Positions 30,821-39,952 of a stretch of DNA of 64,000 nt are shown one piece after another (position 1 is the first letter of the stretch; each line of letters starts with the position of its first letter). This stretch comes from an uncultured Chloroflexia bacterium (GTDB taxonomy: Bacteria > Chloroflexota > Anaerolineae > CG2-30-64-16): contig CAVZDU010000006.1 in NCBI GenBank assembly GCA_963774265.1, positions 224,001 to 288,000 of the forward strand, written 5' to 3'. The notes beneath the pieces were generated by a model. It worked only from the letters and a program-made list of their open reading frames with translations. It searched no databases and was not told the DNA's origin. The position numbers and the translations under genes were made by a program.

Positions 30821-30844
30821 AGGGGCGACCGGCCGGTCGCCCCT
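30821..30844. repeat. Perfect 24-bp palindrome (REP-like stem-loop)
   Basis: AGGGGCGACCGGCCGGTCGCCCCT between the solute-binding protein and permease genes. Confidence 0.85.
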
Positions 30845-30869
30845 ACCGACGTTACCGTCTCTCATATCC

Positions 30870-32250
30870 CTACTTCTTCGGGAATCCCTTATCCTTCAGG
30901 AACTGATCGACCTGCTTGCACAGGTCGGGCAGACGCGTCCGTCGGCCATCACTTCGCCGGTCCAGATGCGCTCCAGCCCGGGCTGAATGATGGAACCGTC
31001 CAGCTCGTCCCACTCGGGGAAGTAGCCGAAGCCGCCCACGGCCGAGGACGCCGCCTCGTCGATGATCGCCTTCTTGTTGGCCGGCGGCTGATCGGTCATG
31101 AACGCTGGCGAGTTGGCCACCGACTGCAGTGCCGGGAAGATCTCGCCACGCTCCGTGTAGAGCTTCTCGCCGCCATCCGTGCTCTGCAGCCACTGCAGGA
31201 AGGTCCAGGCCGCGTCCTTGTTGTCGCTCTTGGCGCTCATCACCCAGCGCGGCGCCACCGGCCGTATTCCAGCGCTTGCCGCCCTTGGGAATCGGCACGA
31301 CGGCCACGTCGTAGTTCATCTTGGCCTTGTTGAAAGCCGAGACGCGGCTGGTGTTCTGGATGATCATGGCCGCCTGGCCGCTCTGGAACGCGCCCGCGTC
31401 GCCGCCGGCCTGGTTCAGGTCGGCATCGCGCATGGCATAGCCCTTCGCCATCATGTCTGCGAAGAACGTCGACCGCCTCGACCGATTTCGGATCAGCCAG
31501 CATGCATTTGCGACGGGTTGCGCATGTCGTCGAGGATGGCGCCGCCGTTCTGGTTGACCCACTTGTCGTACTTGCCGTTGTTCTCCATGGCCAGCGCGTA
31601 CTGCGTGACCTTGCCGCTGGCATCCTTGACCGTCAGCTTCTCGGCCGCGGCCAGCAGGTCGTCCCAGGTCCAGTTCTCGTCGGGATACTTGACGCCGGCC
31701 TTGTCGAAGAGGTCCTTGTTGTAGTACAGGATGTTGACTTCGATGTCGCGCGGCAGGCCGTAGACGCTGCCGTTGTACTTGGCAGATTCCAGCAGCCCCG
31801 GCCAGTAGTCGTTCAGATCGTAGCCGGACTTCTGGATGTACGGATCCAGGTTCTCCAGCACGCCTTCGGCCGCGTACTTGGGCGTCGGCCACAGGAACGC
31901 GATGTCGGGGATCGTCTTCGAGTCGCCGCTGGCCCACAGCGCCTGGATCTTGGTGAAATAGTCGTCCCAGGGCTCGTTCCAGGTCTCGACCTTGATCTCC
32001 GGATGCTCCTTCATAAACGCATCCGCGACCGCTTGTGGCTGACCGCTTCCTCAGGGCCGCCCCAGAACGCCCAGGTCAGGGTCACCGACTCCGCCGCAGG
32101 CTGGGCGGCCGGGGCTTCGGTCGGCTGCGCAGCAGGCTGGGCTGCCGCTGCGGTCGGTTGCGTCTGCTGCGTGGGCACCGCCGCGCACGCCGATACCACC
32201 AGCATCAGGACGACCAATACACTGAGGACGGACCAGAATTTACGAACCAT
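30870..32250 (-). CDS. Sugar ABC substrate-binding lipoprotein, frameshifted
   Basis: Lipobox VSAC, YGLP, LYYNKDLFDKAG, WTWDD. Confidence 0.85.
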
Positions 32251-32280
32251 GATCTTCTCCTTTCGAGTTTCCCTTCAATT

Positions 32281-33572
32281 TTATCGAGTTAACTCGGCAA
32301 ACAGCGGAACCTCTCCGCTCTTGACCGCGTGATACGCGTAGATGTACATGCCGGCCGACCAGGCCTGATACGGGTAGCCCATCGGGTGGCCACTTTCGCC
32401 ATGCAGCCACTCGTTGAACTCCCATTCCTCGTGCACGCCGAGCCGGTTTGCGGCGGCCAGATCGCCCAGAAGGTTGCGAGCCTCGTTCATCCAGCCCATC
32501 TTCACGAGCGCGGCGATGTGGAAGCCGCCGATGAAGGGCCAGATGCCGCCATTGTGGTACTGGTGGGGCAGGTTTAGGTTGCGGCTGCGGTAGTACTCGC
32601 GCCAGTCGGAGTTGCCGGGGAAGATCGGCGGGTAGATCGCCTTGCTCGGCGACGGGTGCGCGATACCCACCTGGTAGAGATAGCGCATGATGTGATCGGC
32701 CCGGTGCTCATCGGCCAGGCCGGTCAGGACGGCAAGCAGGTTGCCCAGGGTGTCGCAGTAATCGCCGTACTCGCGAAACGCGACATACGGCAGATAGAAC
32801 GGACGGCTGGAGATGGTGCCCACGTTGTGATAGAGCATGTACCATTCCAGGCGCATCGCCTTCAGCCGTTCCAGGTGCTCGGCGAAGTGCGCCGGCACCC
32901 AGCAGCGGTCGATCCACAGCAGCAGGTTGAGCCGCTCGAACACATCGGCCCCGCAGCGCGCCTCAAGCTGCAAAACCTTCGAGGTCTCGGATGTTCGGAC
33001 GCCATCTTCACCGCACGCCTGGGCCATGCGACCATGGCCTTCAAGGCCGCGCCGTACAGCACGTTGTCGTAGAGCACGTTGTAGCGCACGGCCAGCAGGT
33101 CCATCCAGTCGCCGGCCTCGGGCACCTCAAGCAGGCCGCACTCGTTCATGTCCTGGTAGCGCAACCAAAGCGTCGCAAGTTCGAGTCGCTGCCAGTTAGC
33201 CCGCAGATACGCCAGGTCGCCGGTGCGGAGGTAGTGATAGTAGTGGCCGAGAATAAACCAGAGGTTGGCGTCCACTGCGCCGGCGTTCTCCGTGGAGCAT
33301 TCGCCGCTCTCAGGATGCACGTTGAGGGGAATCAGACCCAGCGGAGATTGGTGTTCACCGAGGGTGTCTAGCGATGCGCGGTAGGCCGCAACCAGCTCGG
33401 TCTCGCCGGTCAGGACCGCACCTAACCCGGTGATGATACTGTCGCGTGCCCATACCTGGGGGTAACCTGGGAGCAACCCGGAGGCCCGAAAGCCGTGAGG
33501 TGTCACACAGCGTCGAAGGATATCAAGCGCGTGGCCATACGCTTCTTCGATCAAGGGGTCGAGATTCTGCAT
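32281..33572 (-). CDS. GH100/amylo-alpha-1,6-glucosidase-like (alpha/alpha)6 glycosidase (frameshift near 33025)
   Basis: YPQVWARD, DWMD, YHNGGIWP, EFNEW, QAWS. Confidence 0.8.
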
Positions 33573-33673
33573 TCCACCGCTCTCATAGCAGCATAGATTC
33601 TGGAGGCCGCCTGTGCACCGTGCTGCAGGGTTTCGAAGCCTCGAAGATCTCTATGTGCCTCTCTGCACAGGGT

Positions 33674-33702
33674 AGTATAGCGAGGCCTGCGAAAAACATC
33701 AA
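33674..33702 (-). promoter_or_regulatory. Sigma70-type promoter of the glycosidase/ABC operon
   Basis: TTGATG-N17-TATACT on the minus strand. Confidence 0.55.
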
Positions 33703-33716
33703 ATGGGCGGTGCCCC

Positions 33717-35165
33717 GTAACTGTTCAGCGTTGGGGTAAGGGAGTTTAGATGGGTGCGGGTGCGCAGGCGGTCTGGGGTAGTTGGAGGGCGCGCAGACAC
33801 TCGGTCAGCGGATTCAGGCGGCGGGCCTGCCAGGTACCGAACACACTGGCCAAGGTGAAGCGGGTATCGGTGCCGGCGGCGGAGCGCGAGCCGCCGCTGA
33901 TTTTGCGCAGCACGACCAAGGGCCGAATGCTGCGCTCAGCCAGATTATTATCGGCTGGCACCTCCGGCAGGAGTACAAACTGAAATAACTCGTCTTGGTG
34001 GCGCAGCAGGCGTTTCGCCAGGACCGCACAGGGCTGGGCGGGCTCCAGCGCATACTGCTGACCCAGGACACAGGCGCGGGTGTGCAGGCGCAGATACTGC
34101 TGGGTCCGGGCCGCGGCGCTGGGCGTCGGGTGCTCGTGGAGCCAGGTCTGGGCGTCCTCGTAGAGTTGGCGGACGGCCGCGGCCCACGCCAGCACCTCCG
34201 CCGTCGCCCCGTGGGCCTCTTTGAGGGCATGCAGGTCGCGCAACAGATGCACCCAGCAGCGCTGATGGTGGCCGGGGATCGGGTTGTAGGCCGCATAGAA
34301 ATCCGTGACCAGACAACCCCGCCAGTCGGGACCCAAGACCCGCTGCGGCACGAAGTGGCTGCGGCCGGGATCGTACGCGTAGTAGCGCACGGCCGCCGGA
34401 CCTGCGGTCACAAAAGCCCAGGCCCAACCGTTCTGACCGCACTCGCGCCAGCTCGTTTCGTCGCCATGCACTACCGGGCTGGCCTGTACGGCCCGTTTGA
34501 GTTGCTCCGCGAGCGGCTGCAAGTGCTGCTGGACATCGTGCGCCAATTCGGCGATCTCCCCAATGCTGAGGTGCAGGCCATGCAGCGTCTGCAAGTAACT
34601 CTGCACCAGCCGCACCGGCAGTCGCAACGTCGTGCGCAAGTACGCCACCACGCTGGCGATGCGCACCCCAATCCGCCCCTGCCCAAATACCTGACCGCTC
34701 AGATCCAGTTGGGGGCTGCGCCAGCGCACACAGTGCGGACACCAGCGCTTCACCACCTGATGCTCGATCACTTCCACCGGCTGCGGCGGCGGCAACTCCA
34801 CCACTTCACGGCTATAGTCGAGGCTCTCGCCGTGCAAAGGATACTGGCAGTCCGGACAGCGCGCCAACGCATGCCGCTCGACACGCGTCGCAACCATCCG
34901 CTTGCGCGACGTGTTGTGCTCGGCCGCGCGCTTCTTACGCGGCGCGGGCGGGGTCTGAGCCTTCTGGCGATTCGGCTTTACGAACGCCGGCGGATCACCC
35001 CGCTGCTGCAGCTGCGCTTCCAGCTCATTGATCCGCGCTAGGGCGAGCGCTAACTGCTCCCGCAACTCGGCATTCGCCGCTCTCAGGCGCTCGAATGCCT
35101 GCTCTTCATCAAGGGTCATGCCCTAATCATGCCATAGCCTGTCAAGGGTAACGCTGAACAGTTAC
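33717..35165 (-). mobile_element. IS66-family insertion sequence (single-ORF, ISBst12-type)
   Basis: Perfect 16-bp terminal IRs GTAACTGTTCAGCGTT; 8-bp TSD GGTGCCCC at 33709-33716 and 35166-35173. Confidence 0.95.
33746..35119 (-). CDS. tnpC: IS66 transposase
   Basis: Coiled coil, CPDC/CPHC zinc finger, DET, QRCWVHLLR, DNNLAER. Confidence 0.93.
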   Translation of the reverse strand: MTLDEEQAFERLRAANAELREQLALALARINELEAQLQQRGDPPAFVKPNRQKAQTPPAPRKKRAAEHNTSRKRMVATRVERHALARCPDCQYPLHGESLDYSREVVELPPPQPVEVIEHQVVKRWCPHCVRWRSPQLDLSGQVFGQGRIGVRIASVVAYLRTTLRLPVRLVQSYLQTLHGLHLSIGEIAELAHDVQQHLQPLAEQLKRAVQASPVVHGDETSWRECGQNGWAWAFVTAGPAAVRYYAYDPGRSHFVPQRVLGPDWRGCLVTDFYAAYNPIPGHHQRCWVHLLRDLHALKEAHGATAEVLAWAAAVRQLYEDAQTWLHEHPTPSAAARTQQYLRLHTRACVLGQQYALEPAQPCAVLAKRLLRHQDELFQFVLLPEVPADNNLAERSIRPLVVLRKISGGSRSAAGTDTRFTLASVFGTWQARRLNPLTECLRALQLPQTACAPAPI

Positions 35166-35214
35166 GGTGCCCCGTCCCATCGCGCCCTTGCCCATTTGCG
35201 AGTATAATCGCTCC

Positions 35215-35991
35215 ATGACCGTGACGCAATACACTGCAACCGTCGTCGAGCGGCGGGTAACAGGTCCGGCTGTGGAGCTGGTGTTGGCCGAACCGGCGCT
35301 CAGCCGCCTTCTCCACCCCGGACAGCCGGTGCTCGTCAAAGCCGGACCGGGGTTGGCTCCTTACCTCAGGCGTACGCTCTATCCCACTTCGCTCGACGAA
35401 GAGAGTTTCACCCTGCGCATCCCGCCGTCCGCAGATTGGGGCGATGCCTGGCTGCGGACCGCGGCCGTAGGCGCGACCATCGACTGTCTCGGGCCGGTCG
35501 GCCTCGGCTTCAGCCTCGACCCGCGTGTGCGCAACCTGCTCTGTGTGGGAGAGGGCGAGGCCGCGTGGCATCTATTGCCGGTAGTGCAGTGGGCCGACGC
35601 GGCGGGGCTATCCGTGACGTTGGTTGCGGCCGCGAGGAGCACGCGCGGTAGCCTGCCTGCCGGGCGGCTGCCCGCAGGGGTCGAGTACCAGATGGTCACG
35701 AGCGACGGCCGGCCCGATGTGCTGCGGCCGTTGATGTCTACCCTATCCGACCTTCTGCCGTGGGCGGAAGCGTTATGTGCGTCTGCATCCCTCGACGCAT
35801 ACGGCCCGCTTGCCGAGACCGTGGCATCTGCGCGTTTCACTTTGACGCGCGGTTTCGCCCAGGTCATCTATCCGATGCAGTTATTGTGCGGCACGGGCGC
35901 GTGCCAGGCGTGCGTGGCGGACGTGGCCGGGGGCCGGCGCCGTGTCTGCCTGCGCGGGCCAGTTTTTGACCTGGTGGATCTGCGAGGCTAA
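35215..35991 (+). CDS. PyrK-like FAD/2Fe-2S electron transfer subunit, probably leaderless
   Basis: LGPVGLGF, CGTGACQAC...VC..GPVF; TATAAT ends 6 nt before the ATG. Confidence 0.8.
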   Translation: MTVTQYTATVVERRVTGPAVELVLAEPALSRLLHPGQPVLVKAGPGLAPYLRRTLYPTSLDEESFTLRIPPSADWGDAWLRTAAVGATIDCLGPVGLGFSLDPRVRNLLCVGEGEAAWHLLPVVQWADAAGLSVTLVAAARSTRGSLPAGRLPAGVEYQMVTSDGRPDVLRPLMSTLSDLLPWAEALCASASLDAYGPLAETVASARFTLTRGFAQVIYPMQLLCGTGACQACVADVAGGRRRVCLRGPVFDLVDLRG

Positions 35992-36002
35992 CGGCCAGGT
36001 CT

Positions 36003-36983
36003 TCAGGCAGGCCCCACCGGAGCGCGACCCTGCGCCATCGCCACCTGCCGCTCTATCCACGGATAGGTTTCCGAAATCCCTTGCCGCAACGAATATCGCG
36101 CGCGCCACCCCAGCGAGTAGATTCGTTCATTGCTGAAATTGCGCGACTGCACGCCCACCGGACCCTTGACCCACTCGACATTAATACGCTTCCCCGCGAC
36201 CGCAGCCACAATGTCGACCAGTTCCTTCACCGACACGTACTCGGGGCTCCCGATATTGACCGCACCTTCCAGGTCCGATTGCATAAGCCGGTAGATGCCG
36301 TCAACCATGTCGTTGACATAGGTATACGACCGGATGGCGGTGCCGTCGCCCCACACTGGGATCGTGCCGCCATCTGGGACTTCCGCAACTTTCCGGCAGG
36401 TCGCGGCGGGCGCCTTCTCACGGCCCCCGGTCCATGTACCCTCAGGTCCAAAACAATTCTGGAAGCGCGCGATCCGCACCTTCATGCCATGGTGCCGGCC
36501 GTAGGCCTGCAGCATCCGCTCCGAATAGAGTTTCTCCCACCCATACTCATTGTCGGGATTCGCCGGCACTGCTTGCGCCTCGGTCATCTCCGGCTCGCCT
36601 GGCTGCATGTCGCGGTAGACACAAACCGATGACGAGAAAAAGTAGCGCGGCACGCCCAGCTCAGCCGCCGTGTGCGTCATGTGGACGTTGATCAACACGC
36701 TATTGTGCATGATCTCGCACTCGGCTGAGTGAATGAACCCCATGCCGCCCATGTCCGCGGCGAGCTGGTAAACCTCGTCAAACGTGCCATCGCCCAGGGT
36801 CAATGCCGAGCGGCAGTTCTCCGGCTCACGCAGGTCCAGCACCCGAAATTCGTCGGCCGCTGACCGGGCGAATTCATGCTGCTTGATGTCCACACCGCGC
36901 ACCCAGTAGCCCTCAGCTTTTAGCTTCTTGACCAGGTGCCCTCCGATAAATCCGCCTGCTCCACATACGATTGCTTTCTTCAT
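36003..36983 (-). CDS. NAD-dependent epimerase (GDP-mannose 3,5-epimerase-like)
   Basis: GAGGFIG, AADMGGMGFI, YGWEK, REKAPAA. Confidence 0.9.
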   Translation of the reverse strand: MKKAIVCGAGGFIGGHLVKKLKAEGYWVRGVDIKQHEFARSAADEFRVLDLREPENCRSALTLGDGTFDEVYQLAADMGGMGFIHSAECEIMHNSVLINVHMTHTAAELGVPRYFFSSSVCVYRDMQPGEPEMTEAQAVPANPDNEYGWEKLYSERMLQAYGRHHGMKVRIARFQNCFGPEGTWTGGREKAPAATCRKVAEVPDGGTIPVWGDGTAIRSYTYVNDMVDGIYRLMQSDLEGAVNIGSPEYVSVKELVDIVAAVAGKRINVEWVKGPVGVQSRNFSNERIYSLGWRARYSLRQGISETYPWIERQVAMAQGRAPVGPA

Positions 36984-38140
36984 GGTTTGCTCTCCGCGCG
37001 TGCGATAGCCAACGCTGTGGCCGCTGCTGTCAGAACCATATCGACCTGCTCATCACTCATCGTTGGATACAACGGCAGGGTGACCTCGCGGGCCGCCAAC
37101 CTTTCGGTGATCGGAACAGACACACCGGGATAACGTTCACGATAGTAACTGAATTGGTGGATCGGGGGGTAGTGAATGCTCGTTTGGATCCCCGATTCCC
37201 GCATCGAATCCATGAATACCTGGCGGTCGGCGCGCTCCGGAAGCAAAATCGGCAAGATATGATGGGAGGATTCTCCGCTCGCCTTCCCAAAGGGCAGCTC
37301 GATCCCATCAAAAGAGGCGCCTGCCAATCCCCGCCAATAGCGATCGGTGAGGACCCTTCGGCGAGCGTTGTTCTTTGGAAGCTTGCCCAGTTGCGCCAAC
37401 CCTAAGGCGGAGCGAATCTCATCGATGCGATAATTATAACCCAGCGCCTCCACATCGTAAGTGGAGGCATGCCCGCGGTGGCGGTCCCAGGTGAGTGTGG
37501 TCATGCCATGAGACCGCAGCAGTCTGGCCTTCTCGGCTAACTCATCACGGTTGGTGACCAGCATCCCGCCTTCCCCGGTGGCGAGGTTCTTGTTCGAGAA
37601 AAAGCTGTAACAGCCCACGTCCCCCCATGTGCCCAGGGCCTGCCCGTCAAGCGATGCGCCAGGCGCGTGCGCAGCGTCCTCGATGACGGACAACCCATGG
37701 CGCCTGGCAATCTCCATGATATCGGGCATCCGGCAGGGATACCCGCCATAGTGAACCACGATGATGGCCTTGGTGCGGGATGTGATTTGTCTTTCAATGT
37801 CCTCGGGAGAAATATTGAGATCGTCCGCCCCGATGATATCGGCGAAGCGCACTTCAGCATTCGTGTACAAGACAGCATTCGCAGTGGCGACGAAGGTCAG
37901 GGAGGGGACAATCACCTCATCGCCGGGTCCGATCCCGAGCGCCAGGCAAGCCAGATGGAGCGCTTCCGTAGCGTTCGAAACCGCCAACGTGTATCTGGCT
38001 CGCGTGAGATCGGAGAAGGCGCGCTCGAACTCCTGGGTCACCGCGCCCATCGTCAGCCAGCGGCGCCGGATCACGTCGAGCGCGGCCTGCTCTTCTTCGG
38101 GGCCGTAGTCAAGGTCTGACAGCGGAACACGCCACTCCAT
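36980..38140 (-). CDS. DegT/DnrJ/EryC1/StrS sugar aminotransferase
   Basis: EDAAHA, SFFSNKN, GYNYR. Confidence 0.92.
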   Translation of the reverse strand: MEWRVPLSDLDYGPEEEQAALDVIRRRWLTMGAVTQEFERAFSDLTRARYTLAVSNATEALHLACLALGIGPGDEVIVPSLTFVATANAVLYTNAEVRFADIIGADDLNISPEDIERQITSRTKAIIVVHYGGYPCRMPDIMEIARRHGLSVIEDAAHAPGASLDGQALGTWGDVGCYSFFSNKNLATGEGGMLVTNRDELAEKARLLRSHGMTTLTWDRHRGHASTYDVEALGYNYRIDEIRSALGLAQLGKLPKNNARRRVLTDRYWRGLAGASFDGIELPFGKASGESSHHILPILLPERADRQVFMDSMRESGIQTSIHYPPIHQFSYYRERYPGVSVPITERLAAREVTLPLYPTMSDEQVDMVLTAAATALAIARAESKP

Positions 38141-38176
38141 ACCGCCCCCATCTCCAAGTGAATCAGCCGCACGCGG

Positions 38177-38944
38177 TCACGCGCCGGCCGGCGCCTGCTC
38201 AGAATACTCCGGCAGCGAAGCCGACTCGCCGTCCTGCTCTCCCAACAGCTGCGGCTTCAACCACTCGAAGTCTTTGACGGCCTGCTCATAGTCTTCGAAT
38301 CGCCCCAGGTCCATCCAATAACCATCGAACGGATAACTTACAACTTTCTCGGCTGCAGCGATCAATCGCAATACCAGGTCCGGGAAGTCCAAATGCTCAC
38401 GGTATCCGATGTAGGAAAGGACGCTAGGCTCGAAGACATAGATGCCCATGCTCACGGTAAACTCGTAGGTAGGTTTCTCTATGTATCCGACGACCTCATG
38501 GTCGGTGCTCGTGCGGAGCACCCCGAGATCGATCCGCACCTTCTTGATATACGATGCGATCGTCGCCGCGGCGCGGCTCTTTCGATGGCTGTCGATCAGA
38601 TCTGGAAAGTGCAATGAGGTCAACACGTCCCCATTCATGACCAGAAAGGTATCATCCAGACCATCCAGCAAGGAAAGTGGCCCGGCGGTGCCGAGCGGTT
38701 GATCTTCGAAGCTATAGGAGATATTCAATCCAAGCCGGCTGCCATCCTGGAAGAACGCGCGAAGCAGGCCGGCGGAGTATCCCACCGCCAGGGTCACCTC
38801 GTCGACGCCGAATCGCTTCAGCTGCCTGAGCAGGATCTCCAGTATCGGCATATCGTCGCCAATCGGCATGAGCGGTTTGGGCAACACCTTTGTGTAGGGA
38901 GCCAGGCGGCTCCCCTTCCCCCCTGCCAGAATGACCGCTTTCAT
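38177..38944 (-). CDS. Sugar-phosphate nucleotidyltransferase
   Basis: ILAGGKGSRL..PKPL, GTAG, NGD. Confidence 0.92.
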   Translation of the reverse strand: MKAVILAGGKGSRLAPYTKVLPKPLMPIGDDMPILEILLRQLKRFGVDEVTLAVGYSAGLLRAFFQDGSRLGLNISYSFEDQPLGTAGPLSLLDGLDDTFLVMNGDVLTSLHFPDLIDSHRKSRAAATIASYIKKVRIDLGVLRTSTDHEVVGYIEKPTYEFTVSMGIYVFEPSVLSYIGYREHLDFPDLVLRLIAAAEKVVSYPFDGYWMDLGRFEDYEQAVKDFEWLKPQLLGEQDGESASLPEYSEQAPAGA

Positions 38945-38956
38945 ATAATCCCTCTT

Positions 38957-39952
38957 CTACAGTTGATAGTGCTCAGGGCGATAAAGACGTAAATTCGCCG
39001 CAATCCATTCGATTGTCTCCGCAAGCCCCTGTCGCAGGCTGACGCGGGGCGTCCATCCCAGGCGAGCCCGCGCACGGCTGTTGTCTGAGATCAGACGTTG
39101 TACCTCGCTCTTCCCGGGTCGCAGGCGCATCGGGGTCACTTCGATCTCTTTCTGTACATCAAGCAGCGAGAGGATTTCCGCGGCCAGATCTCCGACCCGG
39201 ATCTCGCTCCCAAACCCCAGGTTGAACGTCTCTCCTTCTACGCCCGGCGTCTGCGCCGCTGCCAGGAAACCATCGACCGTGTCCGCGACATATGTGAAGT
39301 CACGCCGGGCATCCAGGTTCCCGAGGTGTATCACATCCTGGGTGAGCGCCTGCGTAATGATGGCCGGGATCACGGCCCGCGCAGACTGGCGCGGGCCATA
39401 AGTGTTGAACGGACGAACGGTGACCGCCGGCAGATCATAGGCGCAATAGAAGCTCTCGACCAGCTTGTCCGCGCCGATCTTGCTGGCGGAATACGGCGAT
39501 TGCCCCTGGAGCGGGTGACTCTCGTCGATCGGAACCCTCAACGCCGTCCCATACACTTCGCTCGTGGAGGTGTGCACGATGCGCCGCACGCCGTTCTCGC
39601 GGCCAGCCAGCAAGATATTCAAGGTTCCCAGCACATTGGATTCTACCACTTCCGCCGGGTGCACATAGGAGTAGGGTATCGCAATCAGGGCGCCCAGGTG
39701 AAAGACGATCTCAACGTCCCGCGATGCGGCCATCAACGCCGGCAGATCGCGCAGATCTCCCGCGATAACGTCAATGTTCGCGCGCAGCTCCGGAGGCGCC
39801 AGCGACAGCAGCCCGAGATCTCCTCGCGAGTTGTAGCGCACAAATGCCCGGACTTGCGCCCCACTCCGCGCCAGCGACTCTACCAGGTGACTCCCGATGA
39901 AGCCCCCCGCGCCGGTCACTAACACCTGCCTGCCGTGCCAGGGATCCGTCAT
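38957..39952 (-). CDS. NDP-sugar 4,6-dehydratase (LegB-like)
   Basis: GAGGFIG, ALIAIPYSY, TSTSEVYG, YSASK. Confidence 0.9.
   Translation of the reverse strand: MTDPWHGRQVLVTGAGGFIGSHLVESLARSGAQVRAFVRYNSRGDLGLLSLAPPELRANIDVIAGDLRDLPALMAASRDVEIVFHLGALIAIPYSYVHPAEVVESNVLGTLNILLAGRENGVRRIVHTSTSEVYGTALRVPIDESHPLQGQSPYSASKIGADKLVESFYCAYDLPAVTVRPFNTYGPRQSARAVIPAIITQALTQDVIHLGNLDARRDFTYVADTVDGFLAAAQTPGVEGETFNLGFGSEIRVGDLAAEILSLLDVQKEIEVTPMRLRPGKSEVQRLISDNSRARARLGWTPRVSLRQGLAETIEWIAANLRLYRPEHYQL

Noticed and set aside
14484-33572. Many frameshifts (hypD, GH13, MTase, ABC genes, glycosidase) as pseudogenes or programmed frameshifting
   Set aside because: Catalytic motifs are intact, I saw no slippery sites, and the indels cluster regionally in GC runs. 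Long-read consensus error is most likely; read data are needed to confirm.
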